A DNA stretch of 64,000 bases from Candidatus Dormiibacterota bacterium (GCA_963850385.1 CAWKKS010000001.1:207419-271418), one strand, 5' to 3'; shown: positions 1-8,786, numbered from the stretch's first letter. Notes: a model not told the origin generated them from the sequence alone. Translations and numbers: made by a program.

Positions 1-786
1 CACGGCGTGAGGGTTCTCGACGCGCCGGCCGGTCGCGAAGTGAACGGCCGCTGGCGCGCCGACGAACTGCTGATCCTCACCACGGGCGGTGCCCGCGACG
101 GTGATGGTGTACCGCGTGGCGGGCACGAGCATCTGCCCGGGCAGGATCACGAAGCGGTTGTGGTCGTTGGTGTTGCGCACCACCCGTGTCCCCGGCACCG
201 GCGGCGACAGCGAGATCGCCGCCGCGGTGGATGGCGGGTCCATCGGTGCCGAGAAGGAGAGAGACAACGGAGCGTCAACCGCGATGCCGGTGCTCCGATC
301 AGCCGGGTTGGTGACGGCGACCAGGGGGGCGGGGGCGGTGGTGATGTCCCAGTGGTGGTCGAGGTCATTGCGGTCGCCGGCCGGGTCGGCGAATCCGCCT
401 GCGAGGGTGAAGCTGTAGCGCGTCGCTGCGCGGAACACAGCGCGCTCGTGGACGAGCTCAAAGCCGGGCACTGGGTCGAGCCAGCGGATCCAGCAGGGCG
501 CGGTCGACGCGGCGCTGAAGACCACGGCCAGGTCGCAGCCGGGGATGGCCGGGCTGACCGCCTGGTTCCCGGTGGTCGCCGACACCGTGAACCTGCCGAG
601 GAGGCTGTCGCGCGTGACCCGGTGATCGAACACCACCCGCACCGGGGAATCAGCCGGCACGGACGTCGAGCCGCGGTTCGGCTCGAGCGAGATGATCTGC
701 GGAGGGGCGCTGAAGCAGCCGGTCAGTGAGACCGCCAGGGCGCCCCCGAGCAGTCCACCGATGAGCAGCCGCGCCGCGCGCCGCAT
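1..786 (-). CDS. Lipoprotein with tandem bacterial Ig-like (SbsA/Big_5-type) repeats; partial, 3' end runs off the window
   Basis: Absent from the ORF track because no stop lies in the window. My own translation of the minus strand from ATG 786 is open to base 1 (262 codons): MRRAARLLIGGLLGGALAVSLTGCFSAPPQIISLEPNRGSTSVPADSPVRVVFDH... It has a signal peptide plus an L-T-G-C lipobox. The repeated pattern 'P..gstgV..d.p..l.FS.PMD' ... 'TRYTITV' is typical of Ig-like surface domains. The + ORF 7..729 is its shadow. Confidence 0.7.
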   Translation of the reverse strand, partial: MRRAARLLIGGLLGGALAVSLTGCFSAPPQIISLEPNRGSTSVPADSPVRVVFDHRVTRDSLLGRFTVSATTGNQAVSPAIPGCDLAVVFSAASTAPCWIRWLDPVPGFELVHERAVFRAATRYSFTLAGGFADPAGDRNDLDHHWDITTAPAPLVAVTNPADRSTGIAVDAPLSLSFSAPMDPPSTAAAISLSPPVPGTRVVRNTNDHNRFVILPGQMLVPATRYTITVAGTARGEDQQFVGAPAAVHFATGRRVENPHAV

Positions 787-821
787 CGCGGGGTCCGTGG
801 GAGCCGGCTCTGCCAGGGTTG

Positions 822-2120
822 CTAGGACGGCCGGGAGAGGACCGCCTCTGCGTCGATGCCCGCGCGTCCGCTGTCGTCGCCGCGCACCTCGATGCGCGCC
901 GGTCGCTCGGCAGCCAGCGCCGCCACCGCGTCCGTGCTCGTCTGGGGAGCGCGCGAGGTGGCTGTGTAGGCCGCCAGGACACTGCCCTGCTTCAGCAGGA
1001 TCACCCCGGTCTCGCTGCCGCCGACGACGATCACCGACCCCTCGAGGCGTTCCTCGGCGAGGTATTCCAGCAGAGCGGGGAAGTTGACGAAGCGGGCCAG
1101 CAGCCCGGTGAACAGCGGGGGGCCGGTCAACAGCCGGGCCACGGAGGTCACGGTGTCGCTGTCCAGCTCGACGACGTCGATGAGGCCGTCGCCCGTGTCC
1201 ATGCCGCGACGGAACTCGGTGAACGCCTCTTCGCCATGTGCGGCGCCATCGGCGCCGGCCTCAGCCTCGATGAGCTCGCCGTCACGGAAGAGGAGGACGC
1301 CGGCCGACGAGCCGCTGAAGAGGCGGATGAAGCCGGTGTGGTGATCGCTGCGAAGCGTCCGCAGGAGGCGCGGGAAATCGACGAAGGCGCTCTTGAGACC
1401 CTCGTACTGGACGTGGCCGGACGGGATCGGCAGCGGACCCACCGCCTGGGCCTCGCGTGCCCCCCCGCGCGCCGCCTGCCCGGCACCGCCGTCGCCGCCG
1501 GGCGGGGTGGCGACCGGGGTCACTGGGGCCGGCTCCGCGGGAACGTAGGTGGGTGAGTACTCAGCTGGTGCATATGCAGGTGCAGTCTCGGCTGCGCGCC
1601 CCCCCGGAGTCCAGACGTCGCCTCCGCCGGGCTCCGCGTTGGCGGCCGCCGGGACGGACCATGGCGTCGCCGCGGTGGCGTCGGCAGCCTCGGGCACGCT
1701 CGCCGCCGGGTTCCAGATCGAGGGCTCGGGTGAAGCGACGGCGGCGGCGCCCCCCCCGCTCTCACCCTCGATCGCGCGCAGCGCTGGTGCGCCGCCGGTG
1801 GCCCCGGCCGCGACCGGCACGGTGCCCGCCTCCGCGGCCGCGATCAACTCGGCGGGGGACGACTTGATGGTCTCCTCGGCCGGCAGCTTGGCCCGTGGGT
1901 CGAAGTGGAATTTCCCCTCGCGCCAGCCCAGCGCCCTGGTCACCACCTCCTCGCCGTCACCCGATGGGCTCACGGCATGGAAGAGATGACCGAAGAGGAA
2001 GAAGAGAGAACAGCTCTCGGTTCCGTCCTCGAGGGTCAGCGTCCCCGTGGCTCGCTCCGACTGCATGGTCTGCAGGAGCGAGGCGAGGTCGGACTCCTGT
2101 AGCGAACCCTGAGTCTGCAC
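822..2120 (-). CDS. DUF4388 (PATAN-type) repeat protein with a long Pro/Ala-rich linker
   Basis: Lies in ORF 822..2270. The N-terminal 'LQESDLASLLQTMQSERATGTLTLEDG..LFFLFGHLFHA..ALGWREGKFHFD' is the DUF4388 signature. After a ~170-aa P/A-rich linker come two more DUF4388-like segments ('HHTGFIRLFSGSSAGVLLFRDGELIEAE', 'EGSVIVVGGSETGVILLKQGSVLAAY'). I moved the start to GTG 2120 because AGGAG lies 8 nt upstream. Confidence 0.8.
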   Translation of the reverse strand: MQTQGSLQESDLASLLQTMQSERATGTLTLEDGTESCSLFFLFGHLFHAVSPSGDGEEVVTRALGWREGKFHFDPRAKLPAEETIKSSPAELIAAAEAGTVPVAAGATGGAPALRAIEGESGGGAAAVASPEPSIWNPAASVPEAADATAATPWSVPAAANAEPGGGDVWTPGGRAAETAPAYAPAEYSPTYVPAEPAPVTPVATPPGGDGGAGQAARGGAREAQAVGPLPIPSGHVQYEGLKSAFVDFPRLLRTLRSDHHTGFIRLFSGSSAGVLLFRDGELIEAEAGADGAAHGEEAFTEFRRGMDTGDGLIDVVELDSDTVTSVARLLTGPPLFTGLLARFVNFPALLEYLAEERLEGSVIVVGGSETGVILLKQGSVLAAYTATSRAPQTSTDAVAALAAERPARIEVRGDDSGRAGIDAEAVLSRPS

Positions 2121-2290
2121 TGGGAACACTCCTGTTACTGGGCGGGCCGGGTCTCCAGACGTCTCGGGCTGCCCCAAATTGGCTCCGTATGGTACCAACC
2201 GCCCCACTCGTCGGCCACGTGGGCGATCGCTCAAAGCCAACAGACGCGCATAGAATCGAACGGCGGTCAAGAAATGTGAAGGATGGTTGA

Positions 2291-3013
2291 GTGGACGCTC
2301 GGCAGCCGATGGTCCTCGTTGTCGACGACGACGCCCTGGTGCGCAAGTCGGTGCGGCTCACCTGCGAGTCGGAGGGCTACCGCGTCACCGAGGTCGCGCG
2401 CGGGGCCGACACCCTGGGCGCCGTCGAGGCGGTCAAGCCCGACATGGTGCTGCTCGACCTGATGATGCCGGACATCAGCGGGTTCGACGTCTGCCGCGAC
2501 ATCCGTCGGGCCGGGCACCGCTTCCCGGTGGTGATCCTCTCCGCCAAGAACGACGAGATTGACGTGGTCCTGGGGCTGGAGATCGGCGCCGACGACTACA
2601 TACAGAAGCCATTCAGGCCGCGCGAGCTGCTCGCCCGGATGGCCGTTCACCTCCGCAAGCTCAACGAGCCGTCCGCGCGCAACGGCGAGGGCCGGCGCTA
2701 CTCGTTCCGTGGCCTGGTCGTCGACACCGGGGAGAGGCGGGTCACGCGCGACGACCGTGACGTGACGCTCACGCACACAGAGTTCGACCTCATCGCCTTC
2801 CTTGCCGCCAACGCTGGTGACGTCCTCTCGCGCGAGCGCATCCTCGCCTCTGTCTGGGGCTATGAGCACCCCATCGAGACCCGCGTCATCGACGTCCACG
2901 TGCGCAACCTGCGCCGCAAGATCGAGCCCGACCCCAGCCAGCCTCGCTACATCCTGGCCGTCCCCGGCATCGGCTACCGCTTCACCAATACGCGCCCGGA
3001 GAACGGCCGGTAG
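2291..3013 (+). CDS. OmpR/PhoB-family response regulator (no adjacent kinase)
   Basis: Receiver motifs 'VLVVDDD', 'DMVLLDLMMPDISG', 'SAKNDE..GADDYIQKPF'. Winged-helix motifs 'LTHTEFDLIAFL', 'RVIDVHVRNLRRKIE', 'AVPGIGYRF'. GTG start. Confidence 0.93.
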   Translation: MDARQPMVLVVDDDALVRKSVRLTCESEGYRVTEVARGADTLGAVEAVKPDMVLLDLMMPDISGFDVCRDIRRAGHRFPVVILSAKNDEIDVVLGLEIGADDYIQKPFRPRELLARMAVHLRKLNEPSARNGEGRRYSFRGLVVDTGERRVTRDDRDVTLTHTEFDLIAFLAANAGDVLSRERILASVWGYEHPIETRVIDVHVRNLRRKIEPDPSQPRYILAVPGIGYRFTNTRPENGR

Positions 3014-3024
3014 ACTGACCCCCG

Positions 3025-3294
3025 ATGCCCACGCCACCGATGCTCGGCTCGCGCGAGCCCGCCCCCGTCGCCCGCGTGACACCCGACCCGCTGGTGGCGG
3101 TCAACGTCGCCGCGATGTGCGTGGTCGGCTTCGGCCTCCTGCTTGCCGGCATCCTCGCCGTCTACGACTGGAAGACGCCGGGAGCCGAGGCGCCCCTGGT
3201 GTTCTGGACGGCGATCACCGCGCTCGCGCTCTTCGCCGTCGACCTCCTCGTCGTGAGCCTTCGGTACGTCCGCCGGCTGCGCCTGGGACTGTAG
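3025..3294 (+). CDS. Small two-TM membrane protein, unknown function
   Basis: An 89-aa ORF with two clear hydrophobic spans ('VAVNVAAMCVVGFGLLLAGILAV', 'LVFWTAITALALFAVDLLVV'). Its stop TAG 3292..3294 abuts the next start, GTG 3295. Confidence 0.55.
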   Translation: MPTPPMLGSREPAPVARVTPDPLVAVNVAAMCVVGFGLLLAGILAVYDWKTPGAEAPLVFWTAITALALFAVDLLVVSLRYVRRLRLGL

Positions 3295-3954
3295 GTGTCG
3301 CAGCACCCCGCCGAAGGTCTGCCACCCAGCGATTCGCCCCCGGCAAGGCCTCCGTTCCCGTCGTACGAGGAGTTCGCCTCGGACCTCCTCGAAGCCGTGG
3401 ACGGCAGCGGGCTCAGCATCGAGGACGTGCGTCATCACGTCGAGCCCGGCATCGGTGAGCGTCGCTTCGAGTGCACCGTGCGGCTGGCGCCATCGGAGCC
3501 GCCCTCGCGCTACCACGTGCACGTCAGCTTCACGTGGGATGCGTTGATGACGTACGTGGCCAGCTACGGCAGCGGCGCCGATTGCGAGCTCTACCACGAC
3601 GAGGAGGACGCCCAGGACTGCCCGCATCAGCACCTCGCGCCCCAGCCCTTCGTCGAGGTCGAGGCGGAGTTCGTCCTCGGCGACGGCGGCTACGAGCTGC
3701 AGGACGTCGGCGAGGTCGGCACCTGGGTGGAGACCGTGCAGGCGCTGATCGGCAAGGCCTTCCCCGAGGACGACCGACCCTCCGTGCACATCGGGCTCGC
3801 CGCCCTGGGACGGACCACGCTGGTGGAGAAGTTCACGGCTGAGCACTCCTGGCTCATCGACTTCGAGCACGCCCCCGACCTCGGTCTGATTGCGCGCCAG
3901 GTCCAGACGGCACTGCGGCTGGTGCCCGCGCTGGCGGACCGCCTGCCCATCTGA
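3295..3954 (+). CDS. Acidic hypothetical protein (219 aa), no recognised domain
   Basis: The ORF has protein-like, non-repetitive composition and GC-rich third positions. It is directly coupled to the preceding small ORF. I recognise no motif. Confidence 0.6.
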   Translation: MSQHPAEGLPPSDSPPARPPFPSYEEFASDLLEAVDGSGLSIEDVRHHVEPGIGERRFECTVRLAPSEPPSRYHVHVSFTWDALMTYVASYGSGADCELYHDEEDAQDCPHQHLAPQPFVEVEAEFVLGDGGYELQDVGEVGTWVETVQALIGKAFPEDDRPSVHIGLAALGRTTLVEKFTAEHSWLIDFEHAPDLGLIARQVQTALRLVPALADRLPI

Positions 3955-3996
3955 CGACGCTCGTTCAGACGAAAACGCCGCCGGCCGCGCGCGACG

Positions 3997-4415
3997 TCAA
4001 CGTCCCAGCTCGGCCAGCAGCCTGCCAATGAACGGGCGGTTGGCGATCTCCGGGTGTGGGACCTGCACGTCGGGGAGGTTGGCCGTCACCTCCCCGCTCT
4101 CCCCGAGCAGGATGATGTCGACGTCGGCGCGGCGCGGGCCCCATCGGTAGGTGTCACGCCGGCCCGCAGCCACCTCGGCGGCGCGGGTGTGCTCGAGCCA
4201 GCGTTCGGGGGACCACCGCTCGGGGCACGCAGGCGCAGGACCTGGTTGTGGAAGTCGCCCTGCCCGGTGACGCCGACCGGGCGCGTGAGAATCTCCGTGG
4301 AGGCCGCCTCGATGCGCACACCGCCGCGGCCCAGGTGGTCGCGCAGCGCCGCGAGAGCCCGGCCGCGGTTGCCGACGTTGCTGCCGAGCGCCACCCAGGC
4401 GACGTCCGTGTTCAC
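3997..4415 (-). pseudogene. folK: HPPK (2-amino-4-hydroxy-6-hydroxymethyldihydropteridine diphosphokinase), reading frame disrupted
   Basis: The N-terminal HPPK motifs 'AWVALGSNVGNR...PVGVTGQGDFHNQVL' are in ORF 4086..4415. The C-terminal motifs 'SPERWLEHTRAAEVAAGRR..RWGPRRADVDIILLG..VPHPEIANRPF' are in a different frame (ORF 3997..4509). The span is 419 nt, one short of a multiple of 3. The frame switch lies between ~4205 and ~4226, which holds two G runs (4207..4211 and 4222..4225). Confidence 0.8.
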
Positions 4416-5644
4416 CCGGTCGGGCCCGGCGCCGGCAGAGCCGCGACCTGGGGCGGGGTGCCGCGCACCACGGCGTCGGCGACCCTGACGGCGCGCACAG
4501 CCTGGGCAACGTCGTGCACGCGCACCATGCTGGCGCCGGCCTGGATGGCGATCGTCAGCAGGGCCAGCGTTCCTTCGACCCGCTCCTGTGGTGGTACGCC
4601 TCCGAGGATGGCGCCGATCGTCGACTTGCGCGATGGTCCGACGAGGATCGGCCGGCCGAGCCCGCGCAGCTCACGCAGCCGGCGCATCAGTTCGAGGTTC
4701 TGCGCCGCTGTCTTGCCGAACCCGAAGCCGGGGTCGATGACGATGCGCTCGGCGGCGACGCCGTGCTCCTGCCCGATCCTGATGGAATCGCGGAGCGAAC
4801 CGCTGATGTCTTCCATCAGGTCCCCGTAGTCGGTGCCGCGCTGGTTGTGCATGGCGATGAGGCCGACCTCTGGGTTGGCGGCGACGACCTCGACCATCCC
4901 TGGGTCACCGCGCAGGCCCCATACGTCGTTGACGATGACGGCGCCCTCCGCGATGGCGGCCGCGGCCACCTCCGCCTTGCGGGTGTCGATGCTCAGCGGC
5001 ACATCGACGGCTTCGCGCACCGCCCGCAGCGCCGGCAGCACCCGCGCCAGCTCCTCGCCGGCCGGGACAGGCTGCGCGTGCGGGCGGGTGCTCTCGCCGC
5101 CGATGTCGAGCACGTCGACTCCCCCGGCGACGAACTGACGAGCGCGTTCGACCACCGCGTCGATGTCGTGGTGGAGCGCGTCACCGGCGAAAGAGTCCGG
5201 CGTGACATTGAGGATGCCCATCACGAGCGTGCGCGTGCCGAAGTCGAGCACGTGGCGGCCGGCGCGCAGCGGGGTTGGTGGTGCGCCGCGTGCCATCAGG
5301 ACGGCGCCGATGGCCCGGCCGAGCATCTCGGCGCTCTCGCTCCACTGTGCCAGCGCGGAGGGCAGCTCGCTCATCGCCATCAGGGGCGCGAGCAACAACG
5401 CCGTGTGACCGTCGACGTCGCTGAGCACCTCGCCGCCGCGGGGCTGGAGGAGACGTTCGAGGACGCGCGTCAGGTCACTGCTCAACCCCTGCACGGCAAG
5501 TGCCTCGACCGCCCCGTGGGTGGCCAGCGCGGTCAGCCGCTCGGCCGGGAGCCCGAGCCGCAACACGGTGTTGCGCAACGCCTCCTCCGGTCCCGGAAGC
5601 AGCGGGCGGACGTTGTAACGCGCCGCCGCCGCGGCGTCGATCAC
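4412..5644 (-). CDS. folP: Dihydropteroate synthase with an ~130-aa N-terminal extension
   Basis: Pterin-binding core motifs: 'VMGILNVTPDSF', 'DVLDIGGESTRP', 'LSIDT', 'IVNDV', 'VIDPGFGFGK', 'ILVGPSRK'. Residues 1-130 are helical and unrecognised. The GTG start overlaps the maoC stop (GTGA); its stop overlaps the folK start (ATGA). Confidence 0.92.
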   Translation of the reverse strand: MIDAAAAARYNVRPLLPGPEEALRNTVLRLGLPAERLTALATHGAVEALAVQGLSSDLTRVLERLLQPRGGEVLSDVDGHTALLLAPLMAMSELPSALAQWSESAEMLGRAIGAVLMARGAPPTPLRAGRHVLDFGTRTLVMGILNVTPDSFAGDALHHDIDAVVERARQFVAGGVDVLDIGGESTRPHAQPVPAGEELARVLPALRAVREAVDVPLSIDTRKAEVAAAAIAEGAVIVNDVWGLRGDPGMVEVVAANPEVGLIAMHNQRGTDYGDLMEDISGSLRDSIRIGQEHGVAAERIVIDPGFGFGKTAAQNLELMRRLRELRGLGRPILVGPSRKSTIGAILGGVPPQERVEGTLALLTIAIQAGASMVRVHDVAQAVRAVRVADAVVRGTPPQVAALPAPGPTG

Positions 5645-6144
5645 GCGCCTGCGTCGCCCGGCGCCAGGTCGGCCGGTTGCAGGTCACCCACCGCCGAGCG
5701 CTTGGGCACCATCACGCTGCGCCTGAAGATGCACACGCGCTCGCCGCGCTGGTTGTGGGCGCGGGTCTCCACGCTGACGATGCCGCGGTCAGGCTTGCTC
5801 GAGGACTCGCGCTTGTCGAGCACCGTCGTCTCCGCGTAGATGGTGTCGCCGTGGAAGGTGGGATTCTCGTGTTTGAGCGATTCCACCTCGAGGTTGGCGA
5901 TCGCCTTGCCACTGATGTCGGCGACGCTCATCCCCAGGGCGAGGCTGTAGACAAGGTTGCCGACGACCACGTTGCGCTCGAACTGTGTCCGGGTCGCCGC
6001 GTAGTTGGCGTCGAGGTGCAGCGGGTGGTGATTCATGGTGAGCAGGCAGAACATGTGGTCGTCGAACTCGGTGATTGTCTTGCCGGGCCAGTGCTTGTAG
6101 GTCGCGCCGACGTCGAACTCCTCGAAGTACCGCCCGAACTGCAC
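5641..6144 (-). CDS. MaoC-like (R)-specific enoyl-CoA hydratase/dehydratase
   Basis: Hot-dog fold motifs: 'TITEFDDHMFCLLTMNHHPLHLD', 'VVVGNLVYSLALG', 'GDTIYAETTVLDKRES'. GTG 6144 is preceded by GGAGGG 6 nt upstream. Confidence 0.88.
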   Translation of the reverse strand: MQFGRYFEEFDVGATYKHWPGKTITEFDDHMFCLLTMNHHPLHLDANYAATRTQFERNVVVGNLVYSLALGMSVADISGKAIANLEVESLKHENPTFHGDTIYAETTVLDKRESSSKPDRGIVSVETRAHNQRGERVCIFRRSVMVPKRSAVGDLQPADLAPGDAGA

Positions 6145-6284
6145 CGCTCGCCCTCCGTTGCCCTGCGACAGCCGAACTGTAGCCAGCGACGCCGATCAGG
6201 CGCGGACTGGACCGGTGCGACGAGCGACGACCGAGGCTGTGCCGAACGCACAGTCACCAGCCGGAACTGACAGGAGCCCCGAGA

Positions 6285-6311
6285 GAGGACAGGACGTGCC
6301 GTCCTGTCCTC
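6285..6311 (-). terminator. Perfect 12-bp GC-rich hairpin 30 nt downstream of the CsbD gene (putative intrinsic terminator, no U-tract)
   Basis: gaggacaggacg-tgc-cgtcctgtcctc read directly from the sequence. It lies between the csbD stop (6341) and the maoC start (6144). Confidence 0.5.
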
Positions 6312-6340
6312 GCCTCACATGGGACGAGGGGCGGGCGGCT

Positions 6341-6523
6341 CTACTCCTTGATCTTGTCCCCGAGCTCGTCCGCCTTGTCCTTGAGCTTCTGGCCCACGTT
6401 CTTCACGTCGCCGGCCGCCTGCTGGGTCTCGCCCTCGCGTTTCAGGTCGGCATCGTCGGTCAGGTCGCCGGCCGCCTCTTTGACGCGCCCGGCCGCCTTG
6501 TCAGCTTCGCCACCCATGGTCAC
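6341..6523 (-). CDS. CsbD-family general stress protein
   Basis: A 60-aa ORF, 'GEADKAAGRVKEAAGDLTDDADLKREGETQQAAGDVKNVGQKLKDKADELGDKIKE', with the typical CsbD repeat composition. Confidence 0.85.
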   Translation of the reverse strand: MTMGGEADKAAGRVKEAAGDLTDDADLKREGETQQAAGDVKNVGQKLKDKADELGDKIKE

Positions 6524-6584
6524 GCCTCCGTGAGTTGAACGTCTCCTCCCAGACTACGGCCGATGTCACCGGCGGCACCAGTGG

Positions 6585-7136
6585 TCAGCGAGTTGCCGCG
6601 ACCTCCACCGTGAGCGGGATGGCCGCGATCACCTGGTCGACCGGCGGATGGTCACCGGCCGCCTTGCTGAGGTACGTGTACGCCAGCGTGTCGCCCGGAG
6701 TCACCACCAGGACACCGCCTTGCTGGAAGGGCGACCCCTGTGTGCGCTGCTGGCGCGCGCCGCGCGCCAAGGCGCGGATCCCGGCGACCCAGGCGAGGGG
6801 GCCGAGCGTGTTGACGACGCCGCGGCGCGCGCCGATCAGCCTGTAGCTCGCCAGGCTGGGATCGGTCAGCACCGTGCAGTCGGGGCAGAACTCATCGCGG
6901 AATCCGCCCGCGTAGCGGACGCCACCGTTGCCGATGAACGCCAGGCGCGCGCCCCGGCCCTCGATGTCCTCACGCCGGGCGCGGAACTCCGCCGTCTGCT
7001 CCTTGCAGAAAAGGCAGCCGAAGTGGCGGAGCCAGACGAGGACAGCAGGCTGTTCAGCCCACAGGGTCCCCAGGCGGACGGGGACGCCGTCGGGGTCGAG
7101 AGCTGCTGCGGCGCCGAGCCGGCGAGCGTCGATCAT
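6585..7136 (-). CDS. Peroxiredoxin-like (AhpC/TSA-family, PRXL2-type) thiol-disulfide protein
   Basis: 'VLVWLRHFGCLFCKEQ' carries a CxxC in a thioredoxin-fold context, and 'GGVLVVTPGDTLAYTY' is also present. I set the start at ATG 7136 (MIDARRLG) rather than the ORF maximum 7175. Confidence 0.8.
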   Translation of the reverse strand: MIDARRLGAAAALDPDGVPVRLGTLWAEQPAVLVWLRHFGCLFCKEQTAEFRARREDIEGRGARLAFIGNGGVRYAGGFRDEFCPDCTVLTDPSLASYRLIGARRGVVNTLGPLAWVAGIRALARGARQQRTQGSPFQQGGVLVVTPGDTLAYTYLSKAAGDHPPVDQVIAAIPLTVEVAATR

Positions 7137-7159
7137 CACCCTCCTGTACGCTGCATCCC

Positions 7160-8053
7160 GTGCCAGCGGTTGCATTGCCCGCGACGGCGGGAGCCGGCGC
7201 GATTGTCCATGGTGAAGCGCTGGCGCTGCTCCACGCGCTGCCTGACGGGTGCGCGGGCCTGCTGTACGCCGACCCTCCCTTCAACACGGGGGTGCGTCGC
7301 AGCGGGTTCCGGCTGAAGACGGTGCGTGACGACGACGGCGACAGACGCGGCTTCGCGGGGAGCCGGTACCGCTCCAGCCGCACCGAGGTCGCCGGGTTCG
7401 CCGACAGCTTCGGTGACTACCTGAGCTGGCTGCGTCCTCGTTTGGAGGAGTCACACCGCGTCCTGGCGCGACACGGCACCCTGTACCTGCACGTCGACCC
7501 TCGCGAGTCGCACTACTGCAAGGTGCTTCTCGATGAGATCTTCGGACGTCAGTGCTTCCTCAATGAGGTGATCTGGGCATACGACTACGGCGCGCGCAGC
7601 ACCACGCGCTGGCCCGCCAAGCACGACGTCATCCTCGTCTACGCTCGCTTCCCCGGCGCCCATCATTTCGACCTCGGCGCGGTCGATCGCGTGCCATACA
7701 TGGCGCCGTCCCTCCAGACCGCAGAACGCGCCGCCAGGGGCAAGACGCCAACCGACGTGTGGTGGCACACCATCGTGCCGACCAACTCCCGCGAGCGCAC
7801 CGGCTATCCCACCCAGAAGCCGCTCGGGGTGCTGCGTCGCATCGTCGCCGCGTCATCGCGCGCCGACGACCTCGTCGTCGACTGGTGCGCCGGTAGCGGG
7901 ACCACCGGCGTGGCGGCGCAGCAACAGGGCCGGAGGTTCATCGTCGGCGACTCCAGCGCCGACGCCGTGGCGGTGATGCGGCACCGCCTCGGCGACACGG
8001 TCCCCGTGTACGCTCTCAGCGGCGGCGCCGCCACAGTGATCGAGGCACTGTGA
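7160..8053 (+). CDS. Beta-class DNA methyltransferase (N6_N4_Mtase family), no adjacent restriction gene
   Basis: Motif IV 'LLYADPPF' is near the N-terminus. 'YPTQKPLGVL' and motif I 'VVDWCAGSGTTGVAA' are near the C-terminus, giving the beta-class permutation. GTG start. Confidence 0.9.
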   Translation: MPAVALPATAGAGAIVHGEALALLHALPDGCAGLLYADPPFNTGVRRSGFRLKTVRDDDGDRRGFAGSRYRSSRTEVAGFADSFGDYLSWLRPRLEESHRVLARHGTLYLHVDPRESHYCKVLLDEIFGRQCFLNEVIWAYDYGARSTTRWPAKHDVILVYARFPGAHHFDLGAVDRVPYMAPSLQTAERAARGKTPTDVWWHTIVPTNSRERTGYPTQKPLGVLRRIVAASSRADDLVVDWCAGSGTTGVAAQQQGRRFIVGDSSADAVAVMRHRLGDTVPVYALSGGAATVIEAL

Positions 8054-8072
8054 CCAGCAGTCCCGGCCCTGT

Positions 8073-8786
8073 GTGAGCGGGCGCATCGGTCTCGTCGGCA
8101 GCGGCGAGTTCACGCCGGCCACCGAGCGCGTCGACCTCATGCTTCTCGAGGGGGTGCCGCGCCGCGTCGTCTTCCTGCCGACTGCCGCTGCGCTCGAGGG
8201 CGCGGACCGAGTTGCGTACTGGGTGGAGCTGGGGCGCGCCCACTACCAGCGCCTGGGGATCGAGGCCACCCCGATCATGGTCCTCGACCGGGCCACGGCC
8301 GACAGCGCCGAGCTGGCCGCCCAGGTCGCCGGGGCCGGCCTCGTCTACCTCTCCGGTGGCGACCCCACGTTCCTCGCCACCACCCTCGTCGGCAGCGCCG
8401 TCGGCGCGGCGATCATCGCCGCCTGGGAAGCGGGGGCGGGGGTGGCGGGTTGCTCCGCCGGCGCGCTTGCTCTGATGGAGGACGTGCCCGACATTCGCCA
8501 GCGCGGCGACCCCGTCGCGGGCCTCGGCCTGGTGACCGACATGCGCGTCATCCCGCACTTCGATGTCATCGAGCGCTGGATGCCTGGCGGCGTGCAGAGG
8601 GCGATCGACGCGAAGCGGCCCGGCGTGCGCCTGATCGGCATCGACGAGCACACGGCCATCGTTGACGGCCCACACGGGTGGACGGTCCTCGGGCGCGGCC
8701 ATGCGTGGCTGCTCGGCGACGGGCCGCAGCCTGCCGCCTTCGGGGACGGGGAGGTCATCCCGCCGCCTGCGGTGCGCGGCGTCTGA
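8073..8786 (+). CDS. Peptidase S51 / cyanophycinase-like (class I glutamine amidotransferase-like fold)
   Basis: 'VYLSGGDPTFL' and the nucleophile elbow 'AGCSAGALAL'. 'VIPHFD' supplies the His region. Confidence 0.8.
   Translation: MSGRIGLVGSGEFTPATERVDLMLLEGVPRRVVFLPTAAALEGADRVAYWVELGRAHYQRLGIEATPIMVLDRATADSAELAAQVAGAGLVYLSGGDPTFLATTLVGSAVGAAIIAAWEAGAGVAGCSAGALALMEDVPDIRQRGDPVAGLGLVTDMRVIPHFDVIERWMPGGVQRAIDAKRPGVRLIGIDEHTAIVDGPHGWTVLGRGHAWLLGDGPQPAAFGDGEVIPPPAVRGV

Noticed and set aside
7-729. 240-aa + strand ORF at the left edge of the window.
   Set aside because: The minus strand over the same bases translates without stops into a lipoprotein with a lipobox and Ig-like repeat patterns. 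The + ORF is its compositional shadow.
2121-2290. Promoter calls in the DUF4388/regulator divergent region (for example TAGAAT near 2250).
   Set aside because: No acceptable -35 lies at 16-18 nt spacing on either strand, so it is too weak to report as a feature.
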